DNA of 64,000 bases from Dehalococcoidia bacterium (GTDB lineage Bacteria; Chloroflexota; Dehalococcoidia; Plut-88900): the NCBI GenBank assembly GCA_965197645.1, contig OZ240219.1:1792001-1856000 (forward strand). The letters run 5' to 3'. Shown here piece by piece: positions 49,705 through 59,604 of the stretch. Each line of letters starts with the position of its first letter. Position 1 is the stretch's first letter. Under the pieces are notes generated by a model. That model ran no database searches. It saw only the letters and a list, made by a program, of their open reading frames with translations, and was not told where the DNA came from. The translations under genes were made by a program, and so were the position numbers.

Positions 49705-51042
49705 TTAGCCGAACTGGGCCGACTCGGTCGATCCGGCCAGAGCAGCGGTGGAGGACTCGCCTCCAGTGACCGACATCAGGACTTCATCGAAGTAGCCCGT
49801 GCCGACCTCCTGCTGGTGCCGGGCCGCTGTGTACCCGTCGGCCTCGCGAGCGAACTCCTGCTCCTGTATCTCTACGTAGGCGGACATACCCCGTTCATTG
49901 AACTCCTTAGCCAGCTCGAAGGCGTTGAGATTCACCATGTGCCATCCGGCCAGAGTGATGAACTGGAACTTGTAGCCCATCCCGGTCAGCTGTCGACGGA
50001 AATCGGCGATTTCGGAGTCGCTCATGTGCGCCTTCCAATTGAAGGAGGGGGAGCAGTTGTAGGCGAGGAGCTTGCCGGGAAACTCGGAGTGAATGGCGTC
50101 GGCGAACTCCCGGGCCTCCTGAATGTCCGGTTCCGAGGTCTCGCACCACAGCATATCGGAGTAGGGGGCGTAGGCCAGGCCCCTGGCTACGGCGGAGTCC
50201 AGCCCATCGCGCGTCCGATAGTAGCCCTCCTGGGTCCGCTCTCCGGTGGTGAAGATCCCGTCGGCAGGATCGATATCGCTGGTGAGAAGGGTGGCGTTCA
50301 GGGCATCGGTCCGTGCTACGACCAGGGTCGGCACGTCGAGAACGTCGGCGGCCAGACGGGCAGCGTTTAGAGTCCGAACGAACTGGGAGGTGGGAATGAG
50401 CACCTTTCCGCCCAGGTGCCCGCACTTCTTCTCGGCCGCCAGCTGGTCCTCGAAGTGGACGCCGGCCGCACCGGCCTCGATCATCGACTTCATCAGCTCG
50501 AAGGCGTGGATAGGCCCACCGAAACCGGCTTCGGCATCGGCCACGATGGGCGCATACCAGTAGACCCCATTCTTGCCAGGCTGGTGACCGTTGTCCCCGT
50601 GACTGGCAGCATTGTTCTGAATGTTGCTGATCTGGTCTGCCCGTGTGAGGGCGTTGTTCAACCGCTTGACCAGCGCCGGAGTGCTGTTGGACGGATAGAG
50701 ACTCTGATCAGGATAGGTGTTAGCCGAAAGATTGGCGTCGGCGGCCACCTGCCATCCACTGACATAGATGGCTTTGAGACCTGCTCTAATCATCTGAACG
50801 GCCTGCGCACCGGTGAGAGCGCCAAAAGTGGCCACGTAGTCGTCGTTGTTTAGAAGGCTCCACAGGCGCTGGGCACCGGCTTCGGCGACGGTGTAAGAGA
50901 CCTTGAGGCTGCTCCGGAGTCTGATGACGTCGGAGGCGGCATAGTCTCGCTTGATGCCCTGCCATCGGGGTTCTCGGGCCCAGCGCTCTTCAAGTGTTTC
51001 GGCTTCCCTCTTTCGTTCCGTTCCGTTGGTGCTCACGGGCAC
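49705..51042 (-). CDS. aceA: Isocitrate lyase
   Basis: [49 protein letters not shown]. Confidence 0.97.
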   Translation of the reverse strand: MPVSTNGTERKREAETLEERWAREPRWQGIKRDYAASDVIRLRSSLKVSYTVAEAGAQRLWSLLNNDDYVATFGALTGAQAVQMIRAGLKAIYVSGWQVAADANLSANTYPDQSLYPSNSTPALVKRLNNALTRADQISNIQNNAASHGDNGHQPGKNGVYWYAPIVADAEAGFGGPIHAFELMKSMIEAGAAGVHFEDQLAAEKKCGHLGGKVLIPTSQFVRTLNAARLAADVLDVPTLVVARTDALNATLLTSDIDPADGIFTTGERTQEGYYRTRDGLDSAVARGLAYAPYSDMLWCETSEPDIQEAREFADAIHSEFPGKLLAYNCSPSFNWKAHMSDSEIADFRRQLTGMGYKFQFITLAGWHMVNLNAFELAKEFNERGMSAYVEIQEQEFAREADGYTAARHQQEVGTGYFDEVLMSVTGGESSTAALAGSTESAQFG

Positions 51043-51054
51043 CTCCTTTTTGAT

Positions 51055-52626
51055 CTAGTCCAGGTATCTGGAACCGGGTATGGTTAAAAACTCTTCGAAA
51101 TCTCTATCTGTAATCAGCTGGTCAAATAGCTGGACGGCCTTGTCCAGGCGGCCGCCGTTGTCGCCCGGCGTTTCCAGCAGTTTCTCCACCTCTTCCGAGC
51201 GGATCTGCTGGTAGAGGCCTTGGGTCACGGGCCGACCATCGGAGAGGTGTATGCCGCGCCAGATCCACTGCCATATCTGGGCCCTGGCTATCTCAGCAGT
51301 GGCCGTGTCCTCCATCAGATAGTTGATAGCCACGGCGCCTCTGCCCTGGGCCCAAGCGTCCAGATACTGGAGGCTGACGCTGATGTTGTTCCTGAGGCCG
51401 GCCTCGGTTATATCGCCTTCGGGTACCTCCAGCAGGTCCTTGGCTGATACATCTACGTTGGGGACCTTGCGCAGCTGGTTGGGCCCCTCGAAGGCGTCTT
51501 CGAAGATGTCCAGGACGACTTTGACTAGGCCGGGATGGGCGACCCAGGCCCCATCGCAGCCCTGGCTGGCTTCCCGCTCCTTGTCGACACGGACCTGGGC
51601 AATGGCCTTTTCGTTGGCTTCGAGATCGTCCCTGCGAGGGATGAATGCCGACATTCCGCCTATTGCATGGGCGCCGCGCCGGTGGCAGGTTTCGGCCATC
51701 AACTCGGCGGCGGAGCGGAGGAACTTGGTGGCCATGGTCACCTGGGCCCTATCGGGGAAGACGGCCCACCGGTGCTCTGCGAACACCTTGATGAAGCTGA
51801 AGATGTAGTCCCATCGCCCCAGGTTGAGGGCCGTAATGTGGTCACGCAGCTCGTAGAGTATCTCCTCCATTTCGAAGGCGGCCAGGATGTGTTCGATCAG
51901 GACGGTCGCCTTGATGGAACCCCGGGGAAGACCGAGCCGGTCCTCCGAGTAGTCGAAGACGTGGCTCCATAAGCGTGCCTCCTGGTGAGACTGGAGCTTG
52001 GGCAGATAGATGTAGGGGCCAGTGCCCTGGTCCATCAGTGTATGGGCGTTGTGATAGAAGTAGAGCCCGAAGTCGAACAGGCTGGCGGACACCGGCATGC
52101 CATCGACGAGGACGTGCCGCTCCATGAGATGCCAACCGCGGGGCCGGACGGTTAGGGTGGCGACCTGATCGGCCAGGCTGTAGCTTTTGCCTTCTGGACT
52201 GGTGAAATCGATGCGGCGTTCGATGGCGTCCCGGAGGTTTACCTGGGCGTCCAGGGTGGGGCCCCAGACGGGCGAGTGGGCGTCTTCGAGGTCCGCCATG
52301 AAAACTCGAGAGCCGGAGTTGAGGGCATTGATGACCATCTTGCGGTCCGAGGCTGGGCCGGTTATCTCTACTTTGCGGTCCTGGAGGTCTTGGGGAGCGG
52401 AGGATACCTGCCAGTCACCCCGTCGAATTGAGCGGGTTTCGGGTAGGAAGTCGGGGAGCTGACCGGCGTCTATCTGCTGCTGACGGGCCTGGCGGGCCTG
52501 CATCAGCATTTTCCTGGTGGGCTCGAACTCCCTGGCCAGGCCTGCGACAAAGGACATAGCCTCGGGGCTCACGATGCCGGAGTGGCCGTTCCCGACCTTC
52601 CCGAGCACCTGAACGTTCGATTCCAT
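51055..52626 (-). CDS. aceB: Malate synthase A
   Basis: VEITGP, INALNS, RPRGWHL, YLPK, LNLGRWDYIFS, GGMSA, WVAHP, LMEDTATAEI. Confidence 0.96.
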   Translation of the reverse strand: MESNVQVLGKVGNGHSGIVSPEAMSFVAGLAREFEPTRKMLMQARQARQQQIDAGQLPDFLPETRSIRRGDWQVSSAPQDLQDRKVEITGPASDRKMVINALNSGSRVFMADLEDAHSPVWGPTLDAQVNLRDAIERRIDFTSPEGKSYSLADQVATLTVRPRGWHLMERHVLVDGMPVSASLFDFGLYFYHNAHTLMDQGTGPYIYLPKLQSHQEARLWSHVFDYSEDRLGLPRGSIKATVLIEHILAAFEMEEILYELRDHITALNLGRWDYIFSFIKVFAEHRWAVFPDRAQVTMATKFLRSAAELMAETCHRRGAHAIGGMSAFIPRRDDLEANEKAIAQVRVDKEREASQGCDGAWVAHPGLVKVVLDIFEDAFEGPNQLRKVPNVDVSAKDLLEVPEGDITEAGLRNNISVSLQYLDAWAQGRGAVAINYLMEDTATAEIARAQIWQWIWRGIHLSDGRPVTQGLYQQIRSEEVEKLLETPGDNGGRLDKAVQLFDQLITDRDFEEFLTIPGSRYLD

Positions 52627-52780
52627 TTCGATGCTTCCTCTCAAATCTCTGTCAGTGGGCGGTTGGACCAGCCCGGTGAATGACGCCGCGTCGCTCTTCC
52701 ACTATGGCTGCAAGACCGCAGCGGGACTCATGTTAAGAGCGGCTGTGGTATAATGCAAGAGCCTTCTTTTACATCGGTGT

Positions 52781-52797
52781 GATAGAGTAAGCCTATC
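52781..52797. promoter_or_regulatory. LysR T-N11-A recognition box between aceB and lysR
   Basis: Dyad GATAG-N7-CTATC; extended -10 TGGTATAAT at 52746-52754. Confidence 0.6.
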
Positions 52798-52842
52798 GCT
52801 CAAGACTGGGCAATAGTAAGGTTGTACGAGAGGAAGGGCGGA

Positions 52843-53748
52843 ATGGAGCTGATACAGTTGGAAGCATTCTTAGAGGCTGCTCAGTGGCGAAGCTTTAGGA
52901 GGGCGGCCGGGGCCCTGTTTCTGACCCAGCCCTCGCTAAGCGACCGTATCAAGCGGCTGGAACAGGACGTGAGGCAGCCCTTGTTCCACCGGATGGGGCG
53001 AGGAGTGACGTTGACGGAGGCGGGCAAGGCGCTGCTACCCTATGCGGAACACGCGCTGAGGGATCTCAGAGAGGGCAAGGAGGCGCTGCAAGAGATGGAC
53101 CCCCGAGCCAATATCACGCTGCACGTGGGCTCCGCCCGGGTTGTAGGCACCTATGTGCTGCCGAACGTGATAGCCCGCTTTCGAGAGGAGAACTCGGCCG
53201 ACGTACACATGCGGTCGGGACGCTCCACCGAGGTGCTGCAGATGGTGATAAACGGCGACGTCCACGTAGGCGTGGCTCGGGCGCTCACCCATCCCCAGGT
53301 GGAGTCTGTACCGTTATATGACGAAGAAGTGGTACTGGTGAGCGATACGTCCCACGAATTCGCCAAAGCGGGGTCGGCCAGCATCTACCAGGTCGCTACC
53401 GAGCCGCTGATCCTGTACGATCGAGATTCGTTCTACTTCGTTCTCATCGATAGGGTATGCCGGGAGGCCGGAATAGTGCCCAGGGTGCTGATGATGCTGG
53501 ATAGTATCGAGGCCACCAAGCAGATGGTGGAGCGGGGTCTGGGCATATCGTTCCTTCCTCGGAGCTCCATTAGTCGAGAAGTGGAACACGGGACCCTGGC
53601 CGCCGTCCCATTGACGGAAGGCCACCGGGTGACCCTGAACACGGTAGCATTGCTGCCTAGAAAGCAGCCTCGCAGTAGTATGGTAAAGGCATTCCTGAAA
53701 TCCCTACGGGAGACGGTCTCTCCGGTCGCAGCGGCGCCCTCGAGCTAG
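52843..53748 (+). CDS. LysR-family transcriptional regulator
   Basis: MELIQLEAF..SFRRAAGALFLTQPSLSDRIKRLE..LFHR...LTEAG; GLGISFLP. Confidence 0.95.
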   Translation: MELIQLEAFLEAAQWRSFRRAAGALFLTQPSLSDRIKRLEQDVRQPLFHRMGRGVTLTEAGKALLPYAEHALRDLREGKEALQEMDPRANITLHVGSARVVGTYVLPNVIARFREENSADVHMRSGRSTEVLQMVINGDVHVGVARALTHPQVESVPLYDEEVVLVSDTSHEFAKAGSASIYQVATEPLILYDRDSFYFVLIDRVCREAGIVPRVLMMLDSIEATKQMVERGLGISFLPRSSISREVEHGTLAAVPLTEGHRVTLNTVALLPRKQPRSSMVKAFLKSLRETVSPVAAAPSS

Positions 53749-53919
53749 CAACGGACGACAGTCGCATAAGACCCTGTTGCAAGGTCTACAGGGTCAACGC
53801 TACTCCTCATGGACAAGCCTTCTCCCCTCTACGCTGAACCGGGGGGACGGACTGGAATGGGGAGAGTGCCGGGCTGCTAGTCGGTTGCCAGGTCCTGGAA
53901 GAGGCCGACGCGATTGCCG

Positions 53920-54003
53920 AAGGGATGTGCCCCAGGTACTATTTCTAATCCCGTCCTGGTCAGCAAGGCGGGTAGAGGGATGGTCGGACGGGTGTTTCAG
54001 GCC
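53920..54003 (-). repeat. Degenerate third copy of the dispersed palindromic repeat
   Basis: Reverse complement CCGACCATCCCTCTACCCGCCTTGCTGACCAGGACGGG resembles the core at 25731 and 40772. Confidence 0.45.
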
Positions 54004-54145
54004 CCTCGTAAGAGATTGTGTTGACTTGTCGGTTGGTTCCCAATAAGCTACGGAAGCCGTCGGAATGGACGGCCTCCCAAGACGAACAGGCATCATCGAA
54101 TCAGATACCGTTCGGACTCTACGAGTCTTAGAAAGGTCGAACAGC

Positions 54146-54562
54146 GTGGCCAGTCAAAAAGAGATAGACGACTTCATCAAAGAGGTGCACGTCTGCGTTC
54201 TGTCGACGACAGGGCCGGGGTACAGGTCCCATTCCATGCCTATGTGGTACCTGTATGAAGACGGCGTGTTCATCTTCAGCACTGGCGCCGGAACGCAGAA
54301 GCACAAGAACGTGGAGCGGAACGGCGAGGCCACCGTGGTGGTGGACCGGCGGGAGCCGCCCTACTACGCGATAATGGCCCAGGGCGACGCCGAGATAGGC
54401 CCGACCCTAAGCGAAGAAGAGGAGTTCAGGATGGCTGCTCGGTACCTGGGTGACGAGGGCGCCCGGAAGTACCTGGCCAAGAGAGGACCAGGCAATGGGG
54501 TCTCGATCAGGGTAAAGCCCAGAAAGTACGTGGAATACTACGGCTTGAGCGAACCGGCTTAG
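54146..54562 (+). CDS. Pyridoxamine 5'-phosphate oxidase-like (PPOX; possibly F420-dependent) protein
   Basis: CVLSTT, PMWY, KHKNVERN, YYAIMAQG; start GTG 54146 (ORF open to 54065). Confidence 0.85.
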   Translation: MASQKEIDDFIKEVHVCVLSTTGPGYRSHSMPMWYLYEDGVFIFSTGAGTQKHKNVERNGEATVVVDRREPPYYAIMAQGDAEIGPTLSEEEEFRMAARYLGDEGARKYLAKRGPGNGVSIRVKPRKYVEYYGLSEPA

Positions 54563-54596
54563 ACATCGATTTTCTAGACATCCCAGGAGGCGAGCC

Positions 54597-56210
54597 ATGG
54601 ACCTGGTACTGCTAGGCGGCAACGTACTTACTATAGACAGCATGGACACCCGCTCCCAGGCGGTCGCAGTCAAGGACGGCAAGATAGCGGCGGTCGGGGC
54701 GACTCCCGATGTAGAAAAGCTGGTTGGGGAGAACACCACAGTCGTACATATGACGGGGCGGACGTTGATCCCGGGATTCATAGACCCTCACAACCACTTT
54801 GGGATGAACACCTTCGATCCGGTGTCGGTGGACTGTTGGACGCCCCCCAATGAGGGCATCCAGAACATCCTGGACTCCATAGCACAGACGGCCGGCGATA
54901 GTCTCCGGGGCCAGTGGATCTGGGGATCGGTTTATGATCAAAATAGCTCCAAGGAGAAACGGCTCATCACCCGGTGGGAGTTGGACGAGGTTGCCCCGGA
55001 CAATCCGGTGTGCATCATGGATGCTTCGCACCACTCCCTGTACGCCAACTCGGCGGCGTTGAAGCTGGCTGGGATCGATCGGAACACGCCGGACCCGCCC
55101 TGCGGCTGGGTGCTCAAGGATGACAACGGAGAGCCCAACGGCACGCTGTGGGAGCGGGCGATGGACCCTGTCCACATCAAGTGCATCCGGGCCCACATGG
55201 AGCACTACGGCGACTCGGTGGCGGACCTGGTGGAGCAGAACTGCCGCAGACACCTCCGGTACGGAATCACCAGCGTCGGGGACGCAGACACCCTGCCCGA
55301 GACCCAGGAGATGTACAGGAAGGCGGATGCGGCGGGCAAGCTGCCCATGACCATCCACCAGCTGCTGGGCGGCTACGAGTTCTTCGCACATCCTACCGAT
55401 GCAGCGGCAGGCGAGCGGGGGGATGGGAACGTTTCAGACCGGTTGAGGGGTGGGACGGTCAAGATGTTCATGGACCCGGTCTGGCCGTCGGCGGCCAGGG
55501 TCAAGTGCCATCCCGACGGGACCAAGGAGTACCTGGGCGAAAGGTACTATGACCAGGAGCAGTCCGACGCGGTGGTGCTGGAGGCTCGGAAGAACGGGTT
55601 CCAGGTGGGCATCCATTGCCTGGGCAATTGGAGCATAGAGCAGGCGCTCAACTCCTTCGAGAAGGCCCAGAAAGAGTATCCGTCATCCGACCCCAGGTTC
55701 CGGATCGAGCATTTCACCTTCCCAACCGTCGAGCTGATCCAACGGGCGGAGGCCCTGGGAGTGGTAGCGTCCATTCAGCCCCCCTTCGTGTACTCCTGGG
55801 CGGCATCCCAAGCAGACCCGGCAGAGGAGCTGGGGGGCGGCGTGATGGTGGAGCCGTACAAGACGATGAAGGCCCACGGGTTGACCGTAGCCGCCGGGTC
55901 GGACTATCCATGCGCTCGGTTGGACCCGTTGATCGGTCTGTACGCCATGGTCAACCGCAAGGGACAACGGGGCGAGGGCCCGGTTGCAGCCGAGGAAGCC
56001 GTGACACCGCTGGAGGGGCTGCGGATGTACACAATGGGCTCGGCGACGGCGATGCGCCGGGAGACCGAGGTGGGTTCGTTGGAGGTGGGCAAGAGGGCCG
56101 ATATGGTGCTGCTGAGCCACGATCCCACCACCGGTAATCCGGAGTTCATCCGGGACATCAACGTGGAGCAGACCTACGTGGACGGCGACCTCAAGTACTC
56201 CCGGACATAG
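54597..56210 (+). CDS. Amidohydrolase_3 (YtcJ-like)
   Basis: PGFIDPHNH, HSLYANS, KMFMD, HCLG, RIEH, GSDYP, GSLEVGKRAD. Confidence 0.92.
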   Translation: MDLVLLGGNVLTIDSMDTRSQAVAVKDGKIAAVGATPDVEKLVGENTTVVHMTGRTLIPGFIDPHNHFGMNTFDPVSVDCWTPPNEGIQNILDSIAQTAGDSLRGQWIWGSVYDQNSSKEKRLITRWELDEVAPDNPVCIMDASHHSLYANSAALKLAGIDRNTPDPPCGWVLKDDNGEPNGTLWERAMDPVHIKCIRAHMEHYGDSVADLVEQNCRRHLRYGITSVGDADTLPETQEMYRKADAAGKLPMTIHQLLGGYEFFAHPTDAAAGERGDGNVSDRLRGGTVKMFMDPVWPSAARVKCHPDGTKEYLGERYYDQEQSDAVVLEARKNGFQVGIHCLGNWSIEQALNSFEKAQKEYPSSDPRFRIEHFTFPTVELIQRAEALGVVASIQPPFVYSWAASQADPAEELGGGVMVEPYKTMKAHGLTVAAGSDYPCARLDPLIGLYAMVNRKGQRGEGPVAAEEAVTPLEGLRMYTMGSATAMRRETEVGSLEVGKRADMVLLSHDPTTGNPEFIRDINVEQTYVDGDLKYSRT

Positions 56211-56246
56211 GGCGCCTAGCGGCCGGAGCGTCGGCGGACCGCTCTA

Positions 56247-56729
56247 ATGCTATCGGGGGGCGAATCAAACGATTCGGGTAGACCCAGAGCCATTTTCCCC
56301 CGGAGCCTGAAGAACAAGCTCTTCATGGCCCAGAAGGGCAGGTGCTTCTACTGCGGGCGCACCCACCGCATGCGCTACCTTGAGATAGACCACAAATACC
56401 CCTTTAGTCGAGGTGGCGGCAACGAGTTCGACAACCTACAACTCCTCTGTACTCCCTGCAACATGCGAAAGGGGATCCAGTCCGATGAGGAGTTTCGACA
56501 CCGCTACCAGCGGCTCCTGCCTGCCGACGGCAGCATCCCGTATCCTCCCATTACCCAGGCCCAACTCAACGAGGAAACCCAATACACCAGGGCATCGCGG
56601 GAGGTACGCGCAATCTACCACCGGCGCTTCTCCGCTTACCGCGCTGGTCAACGTGGCGCCGGCTGCCTTCTCCCGGTAGCAGCAGTACTTGTCATCCTTG
56701 CCCTAGCACTCCTCGCCGTCATGGATTGA
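56247..56729 (+). CDS. HNH endonuclease domain protein with a C-terminal transmembrane helix
   Basis: CFYCG, EIDHKYPFSRGG, NLQLLCTPCNMRKG; hydrophobic tail LLPVAAVLVILALALLAV. Confidence 0.85.
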   Translation: MLSGGESNDSGRPRAIFPRSLKNKLFMAQKGRCFYCGRTHRMRYLEIDHKYPFSRGGGNEFDNLQLLCTPCNMRKGIQSDEEFRHRYQRLLPADGSIPYPPITQAQLNEETQYTRASREVRAIYHRRFSAYRAGQRGAGCLLPVAAVLVILALALLAVMD

Positions 56730-56769
56730 CGTCCCCAAATGGGCCCGTGCCTGGTTTGGCGAAAAACGG

Positions 56770-57666
56770 GTGAGTGCAGTGATTGGCCTGCAGGAGCTCA
56801 GTATCGAATCGAACCTGAGAAGTGTTAAGGAGCGAGCCGTGACCGGACCGAATCTCAAAATGAATTTTCTAGGGGTCTCAGTGGCCGACTTCCCATCGGC
56901 GTATCGCTACTATACGGAGGTGCTGGGGGTACGACGGGCACCTTCCGATCATCAGGAAGACAACTGGGCAATGCTGGGTAAGACGTGGGAAGAACACCTG
57001 GCTCTTGAGACGCCGGGGATGATGTGGGAGCTGTTCGGCAATGCACCGCCTCCTCCCGCCGATAGGGCTTGGGGCCGGGGGCAGAATGTCCGGCCGGGTA
57101 TTCAGGTAGAGAACGTCGAGATAACGGTGGCTGAGTTGCGTGGTCGTAGCGTTAGGTTCAATGGAGACATCCGCCGGCGAGAGTGGGGCGAGATGGCGGA
57201 GATCATAGGCCCAGAGGGGACTCGTTGGAGCGTGGGTAAAGCCTATGGATTTCCGTATGGCCGGGGGTTGCATGTACCACACATAGGATGGGTGGAGATC
57301 AAGGCGGCAGACATCGATGAACAGGTGGCGTTCTACCGGGACGTCATAGGGCTAAAGACGGTCTTTCATACCCTAGAAGGTGCCATGCTTCAACAGGACA
57401 AAAACGAGCCGATGATACTCATCGAACCTGGAGGAGAGAAGGTCAGCACAGACCTATCGGCGTCCTGGTCTCCCCTCAGGCAGCATCCCGTATGGATCAG
57501 CGCCATGATGTCGGAGCCGGATGAAGTTGCCGTATGGTTTGAGAAGCACAAGATAAACATCCTGAGCCCGTTGACCAGGCATTCGGCCTGGGGCGGAGAC
57601 GTTATGATCATCGCCGATGCGGATGGCAACGTTATCGAGGTGGTCCGGTACGACCATGTTGGCTAA
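56770..57666 (+). CDS. VOC/glyoxalase family protein (two domains)
   Basis: VSVADFPSAYRYYTEVLG, FYRDVIGL, WG...IADADGNVIE. Confidence 0.82.
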   Translation: MSAVIGLQELSIESNLRSVKERAVTGPNLKMNFLGVSVADFPSAYRYYTEVLGVRRAPSDHQEDNWAMLGKTWEEHLALETPGMMWELFGNAPPPPADRAWGRGQNVRPGIQVENVEITVAELRGRSVRFNGDIRRREWGEMAEIIGPEGTRWSVGKAYGFPYGRGLHVPHIGWVEIKAADIDEQVAFYRDVIGLKTVFHTLEGAMLQQDKNEPMILIEPGGEKVSTDLSASWSPLRQHPVWISAMMSEPDEVAVWFEKHKINILSPLTRHSAWGGDVMIIADADGNVIEVVRYDHVG

Positions 57667-57751
57667 TGTCCCGAAATCTAGAAAATGACGGCTAGCCCAG
57701 ACGGGGTTACGCAGGTCGTAGAAAGGGACGAAAACGCAGCGCACCCTATGC

Positions 57752-57855
57752 CTGTCGTTCCGAACGGAGTGAGGAACCTAAGACGCTGCCCTCTGGAACG
57801 ACGTTGATTCATAGCGAGATGTCTTCAGATTCCTCGCTGGCTCTCGCAATGACAG
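57752..57855. repeat. Inverted REP-like doublet (REPIN-like)
   Basis: CTGTCGTTCCGAACGGAGTGAGGAACCT ... AGATTCCTCGCTGGCTCTCGCAATGACAG, an imperfect inverted pair. Confidence 0.6.
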
Positions 57856-58033
57856 CTTAGAGCCGGAAGCCTGAGGCTACGCAATCTGAGCACTTATCGA
57901 TACAAGAATGTTGACCCCCACGTCGACTGTCCGGTCTGCGCTTAGATCGTCTTGTCATCGACTGGAGAACCTGGGACGTGGAAGAGGAGTCCTCTTTACA
58001 ACACCCCCGACTCAGGCAGCCCTCCAGCATGGG

Positions 58034-59410
58034 TCACCCGGCAACGAGTGAGGGGGGCATCGGGACGTCGGGGTACTGCTCGTGGAGGCGTCTCCAGGAA
58101 CTGACGGTGGCTTCCTGCGCGTTGCGGACCACGTCTTCCTCGTTCATCGTAAGCACTACACCGTCCTGCATCACCATCTCCCCGTCCACCATCACGGTCT
58201 CGACGTCTCCGGCCTGACCGTAGTGCACCAGGTTGGAGACGATGTTGATGGCCGGTACCAGGTGAGGCCTGTTCGCATTGACGATGCACAGGTCGGCCAG
58301 CTTCCCGGCCTCGATGGAGCCGAGGTCGTGGTCTCGACCTAGAGCGGTCGCCCCGTTGGTCGTAGCGCAGCGAAGCATCACCTCGGGGGGCGGGTTGATT
58401 CCGCCGCCTCGCATGCCTCTCTGGGTGATGAGCCCCTTGTTCATGGCGTGAAACATGTCTTCGGTCATGTTGTCAGTGCCGAGGGCCACGTTGACGCCGG
58501 CGTCAAATATGGCGGGGTAGTTGGCCAGCCCGAAGTTGCCGTGAGTCGAGCTGGAGGAGGGACAGGTGGCCATGTGCACCCCCGTCTCGGCCAGGATCTC
58601 AATGTCTTTCTCGGTGCAATAGGTCCAGTGGGCGGCCAGAACGTCGGAGTCCAGCCAGCCGTTGTCCTGTAGATACTCCACGGACGTACGACCACTGATT
58701 TTTTTCACTTGATCGACCTCGAGCTGGCTCTGGGCGAGGTGGATGGTCCTTCGTAGCCCGTGTTTTATGGCCATATCGAGGAGCTTTTCCAGCATCCACG
58801 GAGAGCAGTTGTCCGGCGCGTGGGCGGCGGTCTGGACCTGGACGCGACCGTTCTCAGTATCGTGGAACCGCTCCACTAGGGCCTCAGCGCGTTCCAGGAA
58901 CTGCTCGCCCCAGTCCCTGGAGTACTCGTATTCTCCGTGGCGTATCTTGAGGGTGAGGGCATCGGCGCAGCTTTCGCTGAGGAATAAGCGCAGGCCGGTA
59001 TCGACCATGGTCTGAGCATAGGTGGTGACCCATCGGAGGGGATCGACGAGGGTGGTTGCGCCGGAGTGGATCGCTTCCAGGCAACCCAGGGCCGTCATAG
59101 CCGAGCGCTCGTCGGGGGTCATGGCTATGGTAATGGGGCTCATGTAGGTGTAGATCACCTCCGACTCCATGTCCTCGACGGTGCCGCGAATGACGGTGAG
59201 GACCGTGTGGGTGTGCGCGTTGATGAAACCGGGCAGTACGGCCTTGTTCCTGGCGTCGATGACATCGAGATTGGGGTACCGGCGTTCCATGTCCGAGGTG
59301 CCGCCCACGGCGGCGATCTTGTTCCCGGTAACGGCGACGGCTCCATCACGGATAATGGTGTCTTCCCGATCGCAGGTGACTACAGTCCCGTTCTTGATCA
59401 GCACGTCCAT
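58034..59410 (-). CDS. Metal-dependent amidohydrolase/deaminase (MtaD/SsnA-like)
   Basis: PGFINAHTH, IHLAQ, AAH, LGTD, GSIEAGKLAD. Confidence 0.9.
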   Translation of the reverse strand: MDVLIKNGTVVTCDREDTIIRDGAVAVTGNKIAAVGGTSDMERRYPNLDVIDARNKAVLPGFINAHTHTVLTVIRGTVEDMESEVIYTYMSPITIAMTPDERSAMTALGCLEAIHSGATTLVDPLRWVTTYAQTMVDTGLRLFLSESCADALTLKIRHGEYEYSRDWGEQFLERAEALVERFHDTENGRVQVQTAAHAPDNCSPWMLEKLLDMAIKHGLRRTIHLAQSQLEVDQVKKISGRTSVEYLQDNGWLDSDVLAAHWTYCTEKDIEILAETGVHMATCPSSSSTHGNFGLANYPAIFDAGVNVALGTDNMTEDMFHAMNKGLITQRGMRGGGINPPPEVMLRCATTNGATALGRDHDLGSIEAGKLADLCIVNANRPHLVPAINIVSNLVHYGQAGDVETVMVDGEMVMQDGVVLTMNEEDVVRNAQEATVSSWRRLHEQYPDVPMPPSLVAG

Positions 59411-59604
59411 ATCGGTGAACCTCCATCAGGGTTTAACCCCCGCACGCGCTAGGTGTATGATGCCGAAAGCCTCCGTCGGTATGGATTGGGAGGGCGGATG
59501 AAGGTCTTGGCACGGCTACATAGTATCAAACCGAGGAAGACGGCGACCGTCGAAGTATGTCGGGCTGCCGTGTACCCATGCCTGAACTCCACTAACCGAG
59601 CTCC

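Noticed and set aside
50570-50630. Extra loop [17 protein letters not shown] in isocitrate lyase
   Set aside because: Short insertion in a variable region; no intein or other motif
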